Positions 9,163 through 17,816 of a stretch of 37,659 nucleotides of DNA are shown here, piece by piece. The DNA comes from Candidatus Lindowbacteria bacterium RIFCSPLOWO2_12_FULL_62_27 (lineage in GTDB: Bacteria > Lindowbacteria > 2-12-FULL-62-27). The stretch lies in NCBI GenBank assembly GCA_001784175.1, contig MFPR01000028.1:225955-263613 (forward strand). The letters are read 5' to 3'. The notes under the pieces are model-generated. The model searched no databases. It was not told the origin of the DNA and saw only the letters and a program-made list of their open reading frames with translations. Position numbers and translations under genes: made by a program. The first letter of the stretch is position 1. Each line of letters starts with the position of its first letter.

Positions 9163-10290
9163 TTAAGCGGCGGTGGCGGGGCTGGACGTCAGGAGGCGCC
9201 GCCAGTTGGAAGGATGGAACGCGATGCTGGACCCGATGGCGCATTCGAACGTACAGGCGCATCCCTTGTTCTGGATGAATTTCCGGATGGCCAGCGCCTT
9301 CGGGCTGCTCAGCGCCTTGGGAACGTCGTAGTCAAACGCTCGGACGTCGCCCAGCCACATGTCGTCGAAATCCTTGGGCCGCGCCTTGCCATCTTTGATC
9401 AGGGTCTCGAGTATTTCGCAGGGAAAGAGATTCCCGTATTCGTTCAACTCGATGAAACTTTCGCCGGCCTGGCAGGGGAACGGCATGACCTCCTTTTTTT
9501 GCACATCCAAAATCACGGCCTCCACCGCCTCGCGGAGCCGCACGAACACGCGCGAGATGAGCGGAAACCGGTACCGTTTTTCCTTCCGGCCAAACACATT
9601 CTGAATCAGTGTCTTGTATTTTTGCTTCTTCGGAACGATTTTTTCCGGTTCGCGGATGGCGCCGCGTGCGTAGAGAATGGTGTGGTTTTCGATTTCCATC
9701 CGGCTTTTTACGAAATCGACCAGCCCGGGAACATGATCTTCGTTGAGTTTTGACAGAACCGAGGTCGCGTCGATGCGCAGATTGTCGACGCGGCGCGCGA
9801 GCGAATCGAGGAGCCGGTAGGTCTCCATCACCTTGTCGAACGTCCCCTCCTTACCGCGGACCAGGTCGTGAATTTCGCCGATGCCGTCGAGGGACAGCGG
9901 CACGCGGATGACGGCGTAGGGACACTCGCGGCATATCCGCTCCACTTTTTCAGCGATTCTCTCCGGGAACGTGCCGTTGGTCGTGAACGTGAAAAACCGG
10001 GTGTTGGAATTGCGGTAGAAGAGGATCGCGATATCGTCGATGTCCTGCCGCACAAAGGTCTCGCCGCCGGTGCAGGTCAGTTGAAGGAGCCGTGGCAGGC
10101 CCTTGGAAATCTTGTCATATTCCCAGAGCTTGAGTTCCCTGTCCTTGGCGGCGCTCTCGATCTCCTCCAGATAAAAACAGTGCGGGCACCGCAGGTTGCA
10201 CCGGGCCGTCACGAAGAGAATCATATAGTGCGGGTCGCCGTTCAGCAGGCACCGCAGATAATGATACGCGCGATTGACGTTCTTCAGCAT
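9163..10290 (-). CDS. Radical SAM protein with a SPASM/twitch-like C-terminal domain
   Basis: CNLRCPHC (CX3CX2C), TGGE, TTNG, SLDG..HD..RG, CQAG..G..FPCE, and C-terminal CACTFEC. Confidence 0.9.
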   Translation of the reverse strand: MLKNVNRAYHYLRCLLNGDPHYMILFVTARCNLRCPHCFYLEEIESAAKDRELKLWEYDKISKGLPRLLQLTCTGGETFVRQDIDDIAILFYRNSNTRFFTFTTNGTFPERIAEKVERICRECPYAVIRVPLSLDGIGEIHDLVRGKEGTFDKVMETYRLLDSLARRVDNLRIDATSVLSKLNEDHVPGLVDFVKSRMEIENHTILYARGAIREPEKIVPKKQKYKTLIQNVFGRKEKRYRFPLISRVFVRLREAVEAVILDVQKKEVMPFPCQAGESFIELNEYGNLFPCEILETLIKDGKARPKDFDDMWLGDVRAFDYDVPKALSSPKALAIRKFIQNKGCACTFECAIGSSIAFHPSNWRRLLTSSPATAA

Positions 10291-10296
10291 AGCCGG

Positions 10297-10325
10297 ATTA
10301 TATCAATCCGATGGGGTCAAAACAA
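10297..10325 (-). promoter_or_regulatory. Sigma70 extended -10 promoter of the radical SAM gene (probably leaderless)
   Basis: Minus strand reads TTGTTT-N17-TATAAT with TG-n before the -10. ATG lies 6 nt downstream with no Shine-Dalgarno. Confidence 0.7.
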
Positions 10326-10360
10326 GAAATCAGATTCCCAGGCGGGCGGTTTGGAGACGC

Positions 10361-10389
10361 TTGCGAAATGCGCGGTTTCGTAATATCTT
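10361..10389 (+). promoter_or_regulatory. Putative sigma70 promoter of the tRNA pair
   Basis: TTGCGA (10361-10366)-N17-TATCTT (10384-10389), divergent from the radical SAM promoter. Confidence 0.5.
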
Positions 10390-10417
10390 TTCGGCGGTTC
10401 GGCGGTTGTGTTTGCGC

Positions 10418-10471
10418 CCTTGATTTCGGCGCTTTCGCCCTCGTGTCTCCGGCGAAATCCCGAAATCAAGG
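10418..10471. repeat. Long inverted repeat (hairpin) in the tRNA leader
   Basis: CCTTGATTTCGG (10418-10429) pairs perfectly with CCGAAATCAAGG (10460-10471). Inner TTTCGCC (10433-10439) pairs with GGCGAAA (10451-10457). Confidence 0.8.
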
Positions 10472-10489
10472 ACGTGTACATCCATGTAC

Positions 10490-10561
10490 GCGGGTGTAGC
10501 TCAGTGGTAGAGCATTTCCTTGCCAAGGAAAGGGTCGTGGGTTCGAATCCCATCACCCGCT
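10490..10561 (+). tRNA. tRNA-Gly (GCC), CCA not encoded
   Basis: Acceptor GCGGGTG/CACCCGC, D-arm GCTCAGTGGTAGAGC, anticodon arm TTTCC-TTGCCAA-GGAAA, T-loop GGTTCGAATCC. Confidence 0.96.
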
Positions 10562-10579
10562 TTTTTTTTTGAATCCAGC

Positions 10580-10652
10580 GGGGCTGTAGCTCAGTTGGGA
10601 GAGCACTTGCATGGCATGCAAGGGGTCAGGGGTTCGAATCCCCTCAGCTCCA
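10580..10652 (+). tRNA. tRNA-Ala (GGC), CCA not encoded
   Basis: Acceptor GGGGCTG/CAGCTCC with the G3:U70 Ala identity pair, anticodon arm CTTGC-ATGGCAT-GCAAG, T-loop GGTTCGAATCC. Confidence 0.96.
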
Positions 10653-10677
10653 TTTTTAAAACAGGAGGTCCGGTGAG

Positions 10678-11280
10678 ATGGGCATGCTGCGATATGCGAT
10701 GATTTTCATTTTCGCCGTTACCGTGGGCTGTTCGGCCCGGGTGATCGCCAAAAATCCGGATCAGCCCGTCCATTATGATCAGGATTACGATTACACCGAC
10801 CTCCACGAATTCACCCGCAAGCTCGTTCAGTCGATGCTTTCGAAGAAACCGATATCCGAGACCGCCGACGCGCCCATTGTCGCGATCTACGGCCTCACCA
10901 ACCGCACCGACGAGCACATCGATCTCAAATCGGTCTCCGACGCCCTTCGCGCCAAGCTTCACGATTCCGGCAAAGTCCGCTTCGTCGCGAAGGACCAGCG
11001 GGAGATGATCGACAAGGAGGTCGAGTACATGATGAACAGCGGGAAGGTCGATCCCGCCACGCACATCAAGCTGGCCAAACAGGCCGGCGCCCGATACATG
11101 CTCACCGGCACCCTCTACTCGCTCGCCAAGGAACAGATCCCGCAGGTACGGTTCAAGAAGCGCGAACTCAAATGGTACAAGCTCACGCTTGAACTCACCG
11201 ATGTCGAAACGGCGCTGATCGCTTGGACCGACGAAGCGGAAATCGCCCGCGAGGTCAGAAAACCGTTCATCGGGTGGTAA
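10678..11280 (+). CDS. lpoB: LpoB-family lipoprotein (penicillin-binding protein activator-like)
   Basis: AGGAGG RBS, lipobox TVGC, motifs DL..KLVQSML, NRTDEHID, SGKVRFV, GARYMLTG, YKLTLELTDVET..IAW. Confidence 0.75.
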   Translation: MGMLRYAMIFIFAVTVGCSARVIAKNPDQPVHYDQDYDYTDLHEFTRKLVQSMLSKKPISETADAPIVAIYGLTNRTDEHIDLKSVSDALRAKLHDSGKVRFVAKDQREMIDKEVEYMMNSGKVDPATHIKLAKQAGARYMLTGTLYSLAKEQIPQVRFKKRELKWYKLTLELTDVETALIAWTDEAEIAREVRKPFIGW

Positions 11281-12485
11281 GTTCAAGGCCGGCCCTCGGA
11301 TTTGGACTCCTGCTGGCGTGCGCCGGATGTTTTCCGGCCGCGCAGGTTCATACCGCACAATACAATTATTATCAGCGGCGGTTTGAGGATGCGGTCCGGC
11401 ATCTCGACGATCCGGCCATCCCTCGGCGGGACCAGCTTTTGGCGCTCCTCGAAAAGGGAATGGCCCTGCAGGCCGCCGGGCAGTACGCGGAGAGCGCGGA
11501 GGCCTGGCGCGCGGCGGAGCCGCTGATGGAGCGGCAGGACATTTTTCATCTGGGCGAGGCTGCCCTGAGCATGGTCTTCGACCAGAATGTGCTCGCGTAC
11601 CAGCCGGCGCCGTATGAGAAACCGTTTCTGCACGCTCTCCTTTGCCTGGACTATCAACAGATCGGCGATTGGCAGGCCGCGCGGGTCGAGGCGTTGAAAT
11701 CCCTGAAGGGACTGGATCGCCACGAGTCGGTGGTCGGCCCGATCTGGTTCGTGCGGTACGTGGCGGCGCTGGCGTTCGAGGCGGCCGGCGACTTGAACGA
11801 CGCCTACATCGAATACAAAAAAATTTACGGGGCCGGGCACACGGATTTACTACCGGTGCTCATCCGCATGGCCGACGCGCTGGGATTTCACGACGAGAGC
11901 GTGTGGTATCGTTCGGAATGGCCCGATACGGGTATGCCGGAGAGTAAGGTAGGCCGGGAAGTCGTGATGTTTGTGTTTCTTGGAAAATCTCCGCGCAAGG
12001 TGACGTCGGAGGTGGTCCTGGAGGACGGCTACCGGATGGTCCTGCCCGTGTATCAGACGCAGGCGAGCGCCTTTATTGGCGCGACGTTTTTTTCCAAGTC
12101 GGGTCTCCGCCGTCCGGGCGCGACACTGACCTCGGTCGAATCGCTGGCCGCCACCTACTCGGGAAAACTTTTCGCGCGGGAGCTGCTGAAGGAGATCGTC
12201 CGTCGAAAGGTCAAGAAGAATCTGGTTCAGAAGGCCGGAAAGAAAATGGGTGACAGCGCCGAGCAGCTCCTGAAGACCGTTCTGTTTTTCGCGCCCGAAC
12301 CCGACCTCCGCACCTGGGGGAGTCTGCCCTCGGAGGTCAAGGTCGCGCGGCTGCCGTTGGGCGACGCCGAGGTAGGGGTCGAGTACACGCCTGCCGCCGG
12401 CGACGCCGCCCGGTTCATCTCGCCCGACACGTCCTACGATCTGTCCTCGCGGCCCCGGCCGATCGTGATGCTGCGTGCGTGGTGA
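11274..12485 (+). CDS. TPR-containing lipoprotein (COG3014-like), partner of LpoB-family genes
   Basis: GTG 11274 overlaps the lpoB stop and gives a signal peptide ending LLLACAGC. Motifs LLALLEKG, YQPAPYE, ARVE, DLRTWGSLP. Confidence 0.65.
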   Translation: MVSSRPALGFGLLLACAGCFPAAQVHTAQYNYYQRRFEDAVRHLDDPAIPRRDQLLALLEKGMALQAAGQYAESAEAWRAAEPLMERQDIFHLGEAALSMVFDQNVLAYQPAPYEKPFLHALLCLDYQQIGDWQAARVEALKSLKGLDRHESVVGPIWFVRYVAALAFEAAGDLNDAYIEYKKIYGAGHTDLLPVLIRMADALGFHDESVWYRSEWPDTGMPESKVGREVVMFVFLGKSPRKVTSEVVLEDGYRMVLPVYQTQASAFIGATFFSKSGLRRPGATLTSVESLAATYSGKLFARELLKEIVRRKVKKNLVQKAGKKMGDSAEQLLKTVLFFAPEPDLRTWGSLPSEVKVARLPLGDAEVGVEYTPAAGDAARFISPDTSYDLSSRPRPIVMLRAW

Positions 12486-12498
12486 GATGTTGATGAGG

Positions 12499-12750
12499 CT
12501 AGAGGCTGCCGCTGCCTGATTTCCTTCGAAACCACTTCCTGACGAATTCCTTCGAGTACCGGATCCCTTCCGCGCCGCTGAGGAGCCCGCCGAGTCCGAA
12601 CGGGATCCAGCTTGCCGCGTATATCCACGCGCCGATCTCGGCCGCGCGCCGGCCGTAGGGGATGGCGAGTGCTCCGCCCACGAACAGCGCGCCCCACCCG
12701 ATCACCGAGGATGCGACCAGAAGCCCGACTCCCCACCAAAACCGGTTCAT
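12499..12750 (-). CDS. Small two-TM membrane protein with a basic C-terminus
   Basis: 83 aa with two hydrophobic helices. It fills the gap between + strand genes. Confidence 0.6.
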   Translation of the reverse strand: MNRFWWGVGLLVASSVIGWGALFVGGALAIPYGRRAAEIGAWIYAASWIPFGLGGLLSGAEGIRYSKEFVRKWFRRKSGSGSL

Positions 12751-12766
12751 GATACATGTCTATACC

Positions 12767-12835
12767 ATGTTGAAGCTCAAGACGGCCACGTCTCCCGAAT
12801 GGGTCCGGGCGGTCCCTCCGGGCCTGAAAATATGA
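12767..12835 (+). pseudogene. Truncated 5' remnant resembling the N-terminus of tRNA-(ms2io6A) hydroxylase MiaE
   Basis: Translates MLKLKTATSPEWVRAVPPGLKI*. The first 16 aa match the recalled MiaE start pattern ML.Lk..T...Wv..a; the DHAHCEKKAA motif is absent. Confidence 0.45.
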
Positions 12836-12871
12836 GTTGCACTTTTGCCCGCGAGAAGCAAAACTAGCCGG

Positions 12872-13753
12872 ATGGCTGGAAAAATCTTTCTGAACGGCAA
12901 GTGGGTAGACCACGATCAGGCGGTGGTGTCGGTTTTCGACCACGGTCTTTTGTACGGCGACGGCGTCTTCGAGGGCATCCGGTCCTACGGCGGCAAGATT
13001 TTTCGTCTGACCGAGCACGTCGAGCGTCTGTACGATTCGGCCAAGGCCATTCGTCTGACGATCCCGTACGATCCGCGCCAGATGTCCGACCACATCAAGT
13101 CCTCGGTGCGCACGAACGGCCTGAAGGACGGCTACATCCGCGCGGTGGTGACGCGCGGCGCCGGCGATCTGGGTCTCGACCCGGACAAATGCCAGACCCC
13201 GACCGTCTTCATCATCGCCGACTCGATCACGCTGTACCCCAAACAATTCTACGACGAGGGCCTCTCGATCGTGACCGTCCCCACGCGCCGCAACGTCCCG
13301 GAGGCGCTGAACCCCCGGATCAAGAGCCTGAACTATCTGAACAACATACTCGCCAAGATCGAGGGGAAGCTGTCGGGCTGCGTGGAGGCGCTGATGTTGA
13401 CAGACTCGGGATTCGTATGCGAATGTACGGGCGACAACATTTTTTGTCTCCGCCAAAATGTTCTTCTCACGCCGCCGGTGTATCTCGGGGCGCTCAAAGG
13501 AATCACGCGGGGCGTGGTGATGGATCTTGCGGCGGCGCGCGGGCTCACCGTTCAGGAAACGCCTTTTACGCGTCATGAGCTTTTTACGGCCGACGAGGTT
13601 TTTCTGACCGGCACGGCGGCGGAGATTGTTCCTGTGACGCGGCTGGACGGCCGCGTGATCGGTTCGGGCCGGCCGGGTCCGCAGACACGCGCGCTGACGG
13701 CGGCCTTTCGGGATCTGGTCGCGCAGGAGGGAGAGGACGCGTATGCTGTGTAA
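12872..13753 (+). CDS. ilvE: Branched-chain amino acid aminotransferase (class IV PLP)
   Basis: VSVFDHGLLYGDGVFEGIRSY, IKSLNYLNN (PLP lysine), ECTGDNIF, LKGITR, ADEVFLTGTAAE. ATG at 12872 is the likely start. Confidence 0.95.
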   Translation: MAGKIFLNGKWVDHDQAVVSVFDHGLLYGDGVFEGIRSYGGKIFRLTEHVERLYDSAKAIRLTIPYDPRQMSDHIKSSVRTNGLKDGYIRAVVTRGAGDLGLDPDKCQTPTVFIIADSITLYPKQFYDEGLSIVTVPTRRNVPEALNPRIKSLNYLNNILAKIEGKLSGCVEALMLTDSGFVCECTGDNIFCLRQNVLLTPPVYLGALKGITRGVVMDLAAARGLTVQETPFTRHELFTADEVFLTGTAAEIVPVTRLDGRVIGSGRPGPQTRALTAAFRDLVAQEGEDAYAV

Positions 13754-14261
13754 GCGATGCAACAAGAACGAGGCGAAGATACATTTCGCCAAGATCATCA
13801 ACAACCAGACCACGGAGTTTCATCTCTGTGAGCCGTGCGCCAAGCAGATGAACATCATGAGCGCGAACCACGAGTTCAACCTCGAAAACCTCATCGCCGG
13901 CCTGGCGCCCGAGCCCGAAATGCCTGCCGCCGAGGAGTCGAAGCTCGCCTGTTCCTCCTGCGGCCTCACCGCCGGCCAGTTCAAGCGTTCCGGCCGGCTG
14001 GGCTGCCCGCGTTGCTATGAAACCTTCCATGACGAACTCATCCCGCTTCTCCGCAAAATCCACGGCAGCGCGCACCACACCGGCAAGATCCCCGTCCGGC
14101 AGGGGGAAGGCTCGACCCAGATGCGGGTGCGGGACATCAAGAAACTCCGCCGGGAGCTTCGCGACGCCATCTCCCGCGAGGAATACGAGCGCGCGGCCCG
14201 GATCCGGGACGAGATCAAAACGGTGGAGGCCGAGATGAAGGTACGCGGAGGGGAGGCGTAG
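13743..14261 (+). CDS. mcsA: McsA, activator of protein arginine kinase (four CxxC motifs plus UVR domain)
   Basis: CKRC, CEPC, CSSC, GRLGCPRCY, IHG..HTGKIP, and UVR motif EEYERAARIRDEI. Confidence 0.93.
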   Translation: MLCKRCNKNEAKIHFAKIINNQTTEFHLCEPCAKQMNIMSANHEFNLENLIAGLAPEPEMPAAEESKLACSSCGLTAGQFKRSGRLGCPRCYETFHDELIPLLRKIHGSAHHTGKIPVRQGEGSTQMRVRDIKKLRRELRDAISREEYERAARIRDEIKTVEAEMKVRGGEA

Positions 14262-14263
14262 CC

Positions 14264-15328
14264 ATGGCGCTTCCGATGAACCTCGAAAACACCGGCCGGT
14301 GGATGCGCCAGGAAGGCTCGCCGGACGGCGACGTGGTCGTCTCCAGCCGCGTCCGGCTCGCGCGCAACATCAGCGGGATCGCGTTCCCGCACGTCGCCAA
14401 CGAAATCGGCCTGAAATCGGTGCGGCAGCAGGTGACGGCCGCGACGGCCCACTGCGATCTGTTGAAGGGCGCGAACGTCATCCATCTGGAGACGCTGACC
14501 GACACCGAAAAGCAGGTGCTGGTCGAGCGCCATCTCATCAACCAGCGGCTGCTCGAATCGAAGGTCGCCTCCGTCATCGTCGAAAAGGATGAGGTCCTGT
14601 CGATCATGGTCAACGAGGAGGACCATCTGCGGATCCAGGCCCTCGAGCCCGGCCTCGCCATGGTCGACACGTGGCGTGTCGTCGACACCCTCGACAACGA
14701 CCTCGAAAGCCACATCGACTACGCCTTCCGCCCGGACGTCGGCTTTTGCACGGCCTGCCCGACCAACGTCGGCACCGGCATGCGCGCCAGCGTCCTCGTC
14801 CATCTGCCGGGCCTGGTCGAGACCAAGCAGATTGACAAGGTCCTGAAGGCCGTGTCGCATCTCGGTCTTGCGGTCCGCGGCTTTTACGGCGAGGGCACGG
14901 AGCCGATGTCGAACTTTTTCCAGATCTCCAACCAGATCACCCTGTCCCGCGCCGAGGAGGAGATCGTCGACAACATCGAAAAAATCACGAGGCAGATCGC
15001 GTCGAAGGAGCGCGAGGCCCGCAAGTGGCTCTATTCCGAAAACCATCTGCATGTCGAGGACTCCATTTTCCGCGCCTGGGGCATTCTGCGGCACGCGCGG
15101 CTGCTTTCGTCCAAGGAGTCGATGAGCCATCTCTCGATGCTCCGCCTCGGCGTCTACTACAAACTCATCCCCGACATCACGACCCAGATGCTCAACGAAC
15201 TCTTCGTCCTCGTCCAGCCCGCGCACCTCTGCGTGTCGGCCGGCAAGGACCTGCAGGCCGAGGAGCGGGACGTGGCGCGCGCCGAGCTGATCCGAACCCG
15301 GCTGCGCCTCAAACCCGCCGGCCCATGA
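14264..15328 (+). CDS. mcsB: Protein arginine kinase McsB
   Basis: [52 protein letters not shown]. Confidence 0.95.
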   Translation: MALPMNLENTGRWMRQEGSPDGDVVVSSRVRLARNISGIAFPHVANEIGLKSVRQQVTAATAHCDLLKGANVIHLETLTDTEKQVLVERHLINQRLLESKVASVIVEKDEVLSIMVNEEDHLRIQALEPGLAMVDTWRVVDTLDNDLESHIDYAFRPDVGFCTACPTNVGTGMRASVLVHLPGLVETKQIDKVLKAVSHLGLAVRGFYGEGTEPMSNFFQISNQITLSRAEEEIVDNIEKITRQIASKEREARKWLYSENHLHVEDSIFRAWGILRHARLLSSKESMSHLSMLRLGVYYKLIPDITTQMLNELFVLVQPAHLCVSAGKDLQAEERDVARAELIRTRLRLKPAGP

Positions 15329-17808
15329 GCTACAAATTCACCGCGCGGGTCCAGAAGCTCCTGTTTCTGGCGCAGCAGGAGGCCGAGCGCCACAAGCACA
15401 ACCTGATCGGCACCGAGCATCTGCTCTTCGGCCTGATCAAGCTGGGTTCGGGCGTGGCGCTCGAGATCCTCAAGGACCTCGGCATCGACCTTCAGGACCT
15501 CGAGAACGAAATCCAGAACGTGATGAAAAATCAAAAGCGCATCTCCGAGGCCTCGGGGCTGGACTACTCGCCCAACGCAAAGAAAGTCCTCGAGATTTCC
15601 TCGGACGTCGCCAAGAGCCTCAAGAATGATTTCGTCGGCACCGAGCACCTGCTGATCGCGATTCTGGAGGAAGGCGAAGGCACGGGCGCGCAGATTCTGA
15701 AAAAATATCACATCGACGTCGACGACGTCCGGCTCGCCCTCTACGACCTTTACGGCCTGGGCACCGACGAGATGCCGGAGGGCGCCGGCGCGGGCGGCGA
15801 GGCTCAGCCCGTCGCGGCCCAGCAAAAGGGCGCGCAGCAGCAGCGGAAGGGCGTTTCAAAAACCCCGCTGCTTGACGAATTCGCCCGCGACCTCACCAAG
15901 CTTGCGCGGGACAACGAGCTGGACCCGGTCATCGGCCGTGAGAAGGAGATCGAGCGCGTGATCCAGATTCTCTCGCGCCGCACCAAGAACAATCCCGTGC
16001 TGATCGGCGAACCCGGCGTCGGCAAGACCGCGATCGTAGAGGGTCTGGCGCACAAGATCGTCGGCGGCGACGTGCCGGAGCTGCTTCTCAACCGCCGCGT
16101 CCTCGCGCTGGATCTGCCCAGCATTGTGGCCGGGACCAAGTACCGTGGGGAATTCGAGCAGCGGTTGAAGAAGATTCTCGACGAGATCAAGACCAGCAAG
16201 AACTGCGTCCTCTTCATCGACGAGCTCCACACCCTCGTCGGCGCCGGCGGGGCCGAAGGCGCCATTGACGCGGCCAACATCCTGAAGCCCCCTCTGGCCC
16301 GCGGGATTCTCCAGTGTGTCGGCGCGACGACGATGGACGAGTACCGCAAATACATCGAGAAGGACGCGGCCCTGGAGCGGCGGTTTCAGCCGATCATGGT
16401 CAACGAGCCGAACGTGGACGACGCGATTTTGATTTTGCGCGGCCTGCGCGACCGCTACGAGGCGCACCACCGGGTCAAGATCACCGATGGCGCGATTGAC
16501 GCCGCCGCCCGGCTCAGCCACCGCTACGTGTCCGGCCGGTTCCTTCCCGACAAGGCGATTGATCTCATCGACGAGGCCGGCTCCCGCGCCCGCCTCAAGA
16601 CCACGCTCCTTCCGCCTGAACTGCGCTCGCACGAGCAGGAGCTGGAAAAATTGCTGATCGAGAAAAAGGAGGCGGTCGTTTCGCAGGAATACGAAAAGGC
16701 CGCCAAGATCCGCGACGGCGAGAAAAAGCTGCGCGACCAGATCGAAAAAATCCGCAAGGACTGGAACAAGACCCGCGGCCAGTCCGAGTCGGTCGTCGAC
16801 GTCGAGGACATCGCCGCCCTCATCTCCGACTGGACCGGCGTCCCCCTCACGCGCCTGACCGAGGCCGAATCCGCGCGGCTGCTCAGGATGGAGGAGGAAG
16901 TCACCAAAAAGATCGTCGGCCAGAACGAGGCCATCGCGATGATCGCCAAGGCCGTCCGGCGTGCCCGCACGGGCATGAAGGACCCGCGGCGTCCCACCGG
17001 GTCCTTTCTGTTCCTGGGTCCGACCGGCGTCGGCAAGACGGCGCTGGCGAAATCGCTGGCCGGATTCCTGTTCGGCGACGAGACCAACCTCGTGCGGATC
17101 GACATGAGTGAATACATGGAGAAATTCAACGTCTCGCGCCTGATCGGCTCCCCGCCCGGCTACGTCGGCTACGAGGAGGGCGGCCAGCTCACGGAGCACA
17201 TCCGGCGCAAGCCCTATTCGGTCGTGCTCTTCGACGAAATCGAAAAGGCGCATCCCGACGTTTTCAACATTCTCCTCCAGGTGCTCGAGGAGGGCCAGTT
17301 GTCGGACAATCTCGGCCACAACGTCGACTTCAAAAACACCGTCGTCATCATGACCTCCAACCTCGGCGCCCGCGACATCGCCATGGGCAAGCGGCTGGGC
17401 TTTACCGGCGACGGCAAGACCGAGCTGTCGTACGAGCAGATGAAGGACCGGGTGATGGACGAGGTGAAGCGCAAGTTCAACCCGGAATTTCTGAACCGGA
17501 TCGACGAGGTGGTTGTGTTCAAGACCCTGGACCATGACGCGCTCCTCAAGATCATCGACATCATGATCGAGGATGTCGTCAAGCGGCTCAAGGAGAACAA
17601 GGTCGAACTCACCGTGACCCCCGCCGCCCGCGAGTTCATGGTCGACAAGGGTACCGACACCAACTACGGCGCCCGCCCGCTCCGCCGCACCCTCCAGCGG
17701 TTCATCGAGGACCCGCTGTCGGAAAAACTCCTGATGTCGGAAAACAAGGACCGCGCCAAGGTCGCTGTCGACTGCGCCGACAACGAACTCAAATTCAGTT
17801 TCGAGTAG
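15325..17808 (+). CDS. clpC: ATP-dependent Clp protease ATP-binding subunit ClpC
   Basis: ATG 15325 overlaps the mcsB stop (ATGA). Two Clp_N repeats (GTEHLL), NBD1 [11 protein letters not shown] domain, NBD2 [21 protein letters not shown]. Confidence 0.96.
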   Translation: MSYKFTARVQKLLFLAQQEAERHKHNLIGTEHLLFGLIKLGSGVALEILKDLGIDLQDLENEIQNVMKNQKRISEASGLDYSPNAKKVLEISSDVAKSLKNDFVGTEHLLIAILEEGEGTGAQILKKYHIDVDDVRLALYDLYGLGTDEMPEGAGAGGEAQPVAAQQKGAQQQRKGVSKTPLLDEFARDLTKLARDNELDPVIGREKEIERVIQILSRRTKNNPVLIGEPGVGKTAIVEGLAHKIVGGDVPELLLNRRVLALDLPSIVAGTKYRGEFEQRLKKILDEIKTSKNCVLFIDELHTLVGAGGAEGAIDAANILKPPLARGILQCVGATTMDEYRKYIEKDAALERRFQPIMVNEPNVDDAILILRGLRDRYEAHHRVKITDGAIDAAARLSHRYVSGRFLPDKAIDLIDEAGSRARLKTTLLPPELRSHEQELEKLLIEKKEAVVSQEYEKAAKIRDGEKKLRDQIEKIRKDWNKTRGQSESVVDVEDIAALISDWTGVPLTRLTEAESARLLRMEEEVTKKIVGQNEAIAMIAKAVRRARTGMKDPRRPTGSFLFLGPTGVGKTALAKSLAGFLFGDETNLVRIDMSEYMEKFNVSRLIGSPPGYVGYEEGGQLTEHIRRKPYSVVLFDEIEKAHPDVFNILLQVLEEGQLSDNLGHNVDFKNTVVIMTSNLGARDIAMGKRLGFTGDGKTELSYEQMKDRVMDEVKRKFNPEFLNRIDEVVVFKTLDHDALLKIIDIMIEDVVKRLKENKVELTVTPAAREFMVDKGTDTNYGARPLRRTLQRFIEDPLSEKLLMSENKDRAKVAVDCADNELKFSFE

Positions 17809-17816
17809 GCGCACCC

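Noticed and set aside
10490-10652. tRNAs as an island integration site
   Set aside because: No integrase, and no duplicated tRNA 3' end was seen elsewhere in the window.
10311-10702. Small ORFs spanning the tRNA region
   Set aside because: They are translations of tRNA sequence.
15025-15324. 100-aa N-terminal extension of ClpC from the ORF track
   Set aside because: It overlaps mcsB. The Clp_N domain begins at ATG 15325 with an ATGA coupling.
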